Below are positions 60,850-64,000 of a stretch of DNA of 64,000 nt, in pieces. Position numbers and translations under genes: made by a program. Position 1 is the first letter of the stretch; each line of letters starts with the position of its first letter. The stretch lies in assembly GCF_964213995.1 (NCBI RefSeq), contig NW_027590242.1:186001-250000 (forward strand), in the 5' to 3' direction. Source of the stretch: Mustelus asterias. Taxonomy: Eukaryota. The notes below the pieces were generated by a model. It was given only the letters and a program-made list of their open reading frames with translations. It had not been told where the DNA came from and did no database searches.

Positions 60850-63800
60850 GAGGGAACTCAACATTTGCACTGTCAAACGGTTTCCCCGTTTCAGACTTTT
60901 CAGTAAGATCACCTCTGATAATTCTAAACTCCAGAGCGAACAGACTCATCCCACTGATTCTCTCCTTGCAGGAGAAACGCAGAAATCAATCCAGTGAACC
61001 TCGGTTACACACAGACAGCGAAATAATGGACAGAGCAAGGAGCAAAATATGTCAACGTAATAAAAACATAGTCAGAGAGTCTGAGGGAGATATATAGAGA
61101 CATGAAAAACAGAAATAGCGAGTGTGGTACACTTCCACAACCCACGAATGAATAACAATAATTACACAGCCAGCTGTCTCAACCAACAAACATGGGGTCC
61201 TCTAAACTGGTGAACAGCGATAAAGTGAATGGCCACAAGCATATTAACAATGAAAATATTTCCATTGACATCCAAAGCTGCTCAGACTTCTGCAGTGAAA
61301 GGTGAAAATGCTGGAAAAACTCAGAAAGCCAGACAGCTTGTGTGCACAGGAGAACAAATCTTATATTTTAGCTCCATAACCTTTCATTGGGAATAACTGG
61401 GAATTTTTAGAAATGTAGGAAGTTTTAAACAAGTGTTATCCAGCCGCATAGCAAGAGGGTTTGAGGCCTCTTGCGGGTGTAAATCAGGAGAGATTAAATG
61501 AGGGAAACAATGAAGTTTAAAGAAATTACACCACAGAATGGGGCCATTCCTAAGCCCCTTACAGGACTCAGTTGTGGTGTGGATGAAGGGGAACCTGTGG
61601 ATGTAATGTACGTAGATTACATTGGAGCCACAGTGATGAGTTGGTGGGTTTTGAAAATTGAAATTTGCACTTAGGAACATAGAATTCGGAGTAGACGTGG
61701 GCAAATTCAGCGCTTCGAGCCTGAACCGTCATGCAATCAGTTCATGACTGATCTCTCCCTGTTCTCAAATCCACCTCCCTACCTGTTCCAATATCCCCTC
61801 ACCCCTTTAATTATCAGGAATATATCTGTCTCTTTCTTGAAATCATTTACTGATTCAGACTCAACCGCGCTATACGGCAATGCATTCCACAAATTCACGA
61901 CCCTTAGTGAAAAGCAGTTCCTCCTCATCTCAGTTTTAAATCTACCACCTCTCAACCTATACATTTGACATGGTGTTCCCGATTGCGCATAAGAAAAAAG
62001 ATTTTACTTTCTTTAATACTATTAAGAATTTTATAAAGCACGATCACTTCAGCATCTTGTGGGAGTATTTCACCTCACTGTCGATTTCATGTCCCAGCAA
62101 GCACAATCGGTGTTGTCATTAGCTGAAGCAGTCACTTATGTTCCCTCCAAACTGGACACATTCAGGGATATATGGAAAGTCATTTTGAAACACACAGTTC
62201 ACCCGCGGCCCTGGGAGTCCAGTGGGTTGTATTCTGTACTCCCCAGTGTTGTTTGTTTTCAATTCCCGCTCAGGAAACGATTATTTATAGCTCTCGGCAA
62301 ACTATTCAAAAATAGCCTGATTTACTATCTGATCGAAAGCAGATCTACTAATATCAGCCGAGTGAGTTTTGCAAGTTGACATCACAGCTGGAAATGTCAC
62401 ATGTGCAACAGGTCAAAAACACAGTTGCAAGAAAGACAGTGATCGGCTGGAAAGAGCTGACAACAGAGATGGTGATGTAAGGTAACATTTGGATGGTAAA
62501 TTGATCAGATTTTGGCGTTCACACTGAATTATTCAACTTGTCCCTCAATCTGCAACGAAAATATTTGGAAAAGGTTCTCTCCAGTTTCGAACAGTCGGAA
62601 GCGGAATTAATAACTGTAAGTGGAATGTCTGTTGTATGTTGTCACTAATTGAATGTATCACTAGGCTGGTAACAGAAAGTGCCATTTTGCAACAGAGACT
62701 TGCTTGTGGTGAATGTAGTCTGGCCTGGCGCGAAAAATAAAGCAACACATGCAGTGTGTGTAAAGTAAGTTGTAAAACAGGCAACAAGCTGCTGATCTGG
62801 TGGTTAGAGTCTGACACTTTCACTGCTGTTTGGATTGGTGGTCAGGTAATGGAGATTTGTTGCTCTCATCCAAACCGTAAAAACAAACGTCAGTTATTGC
62901 CTGGTGGAACATATAAAACACAATGTCGCCTCGTGTCCTGAAGTGAAGACTGCGCAAATTCAACAGGAGGTTTTTTTTTGTCATTTCTGGCAGGATATTG
63001 GGAACCAGACATGGTTAAGGGCAGTTTAAATGGTGCTGGTCCTTCACTGCAACTCATTCTGTTTCTGACTGGATGTGATTCCTGTTTGTTACACAGTTCA
63101 GGATAAATTGATTCAGTGAAGGAGCAGGCTCAAGCCAACTGATGGACTGTCGCAGCTCCTTTGCTGCTAATTTCAATAACAATACCAATAAAGAACGCAG
63201 CTGCTTACGTGGTAACGTAGCCGAGTAATTTCAGCCAGTGGTTGAAAGTCCAATTTCGACGGAGTTGTTGTGTTCGACTGCAGCCACTGCCAGAATGGGT
63301 TTGAGTTTTGGTCCCTGCAGTTGAAGTCCAGCATTTCAGATTGAATGCAAGAATTTGTGTTGTGTCGTTTTTGGCATGAAGAAAGAGGAGCGACAGAGCA
63401 ATGTAAACAGTTGTTGAGGTAAATGAACGAGTGTGGAAGGAGTGGAGCAAATTATCGTGGATTCTGGTATCGGAAACAAAAAGAGAAAATGCTGGAAAGT
63501 CTCACCAGCATCTGTAAGGAGTGAAGAAAGCTGACATTTCGAGTCCAGATGACCCTTTGTCAAAGCTGGGAGGAATGGAGTTGCTCCGATAGAGAATACA
63601 AACGGGAACACCGGTTGAATGGCTGTCTGTCGAAATAAACAGCAGGATTGCAAACATTGAGACTGCAGTCCCGGCCCAGGGGATGTGTTGGGATGTTCAA
63701 ACTGAGGTTCAAATCCTGACGTGCGCTTCCCGTCATTCCTCATTGTGACTTCTTTTTAAATTGAAAGTTATTGGAAATGAAGCAATGGGTGCAGCTATGA

Positions 63801-64000
63801 TCAACTCCTGCAAAATTGTCACATCAGCGTCACTGAGGGTCCAGTGATCAGCGTCGGCGCCGTGACGCGGTTTCGTTTCCCAGTCACGGAGTGAATAGAT
63901 TTTTGTTCATTTCTTCATTTAATAAAAACAGCGTCCGTGAAGGGAACAACAAGCTAAATCTTCCAGCTGGATGAACTTGTGTCAGAGCTGGAAAAATCAG
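60850..64000. repeat. Mosaic of duplicated blocks of the tRNA region
   Basis: 60850-61640 matches 55150-56290 (direct). 61640-62230 matches 53500-54190 (inverted). 62390-62470 matches 58030-58110 (inverted). 62780-63400 matches 49910-50520, and 63780-64000 matches 51450-51660 (both direct). Confidence 0.8.

Overview
Vertebrate genomic DNA, almost certainly from a shark: it carries HE1-type tRNA-SINEs, shark-type CR1 LINEs and Penelope-like elements with minimal hammerhead ribozymes. The window is repeat-dense and segmentally duplicated. Host features I can support are an intact T-cell receptor alpha/delta-type V gene with leader and perfect 23-RSS (44.55-45.16 kb, minus), a second V pseudogene (48.0-48.3 kb, plus), a C2H2 zinc-finger pseudogene split by a 3.5-kb CR1, and a dispersed tRNA cluster (49-64 kb). 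That cluster has an intact Lys-CTT, a near-intact Thr-CGT, an intron-bearing Pro-TGG and several decayed copies. The most interesting signal is a dozen or more short, non-repeat, coding-like fragments between about 20 and 63 kb, nearly all reading on the minus strand. By eye, several resemble nucleoprotein, PB1, PB2 and PA of Articulavirales (Tilapia lake virus/amnoonvirus-like), and a few resemble Mononegavirales L. One fragment sits between two inverted hammerhead-bearing Penelope-type ends with an exact 14-bp target-site duplication. The NP-like sequence occurs twice in the same split layout and looks more diverged than the host DNA around it. This suggests a strand-biased archive of RNA-virus fragments (piRNA-cluster-like) beside TCR V genes. 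All viral assignments rest on my recollection of viral protein motifs and need database confirmation. Repeat boundaries are approximate.
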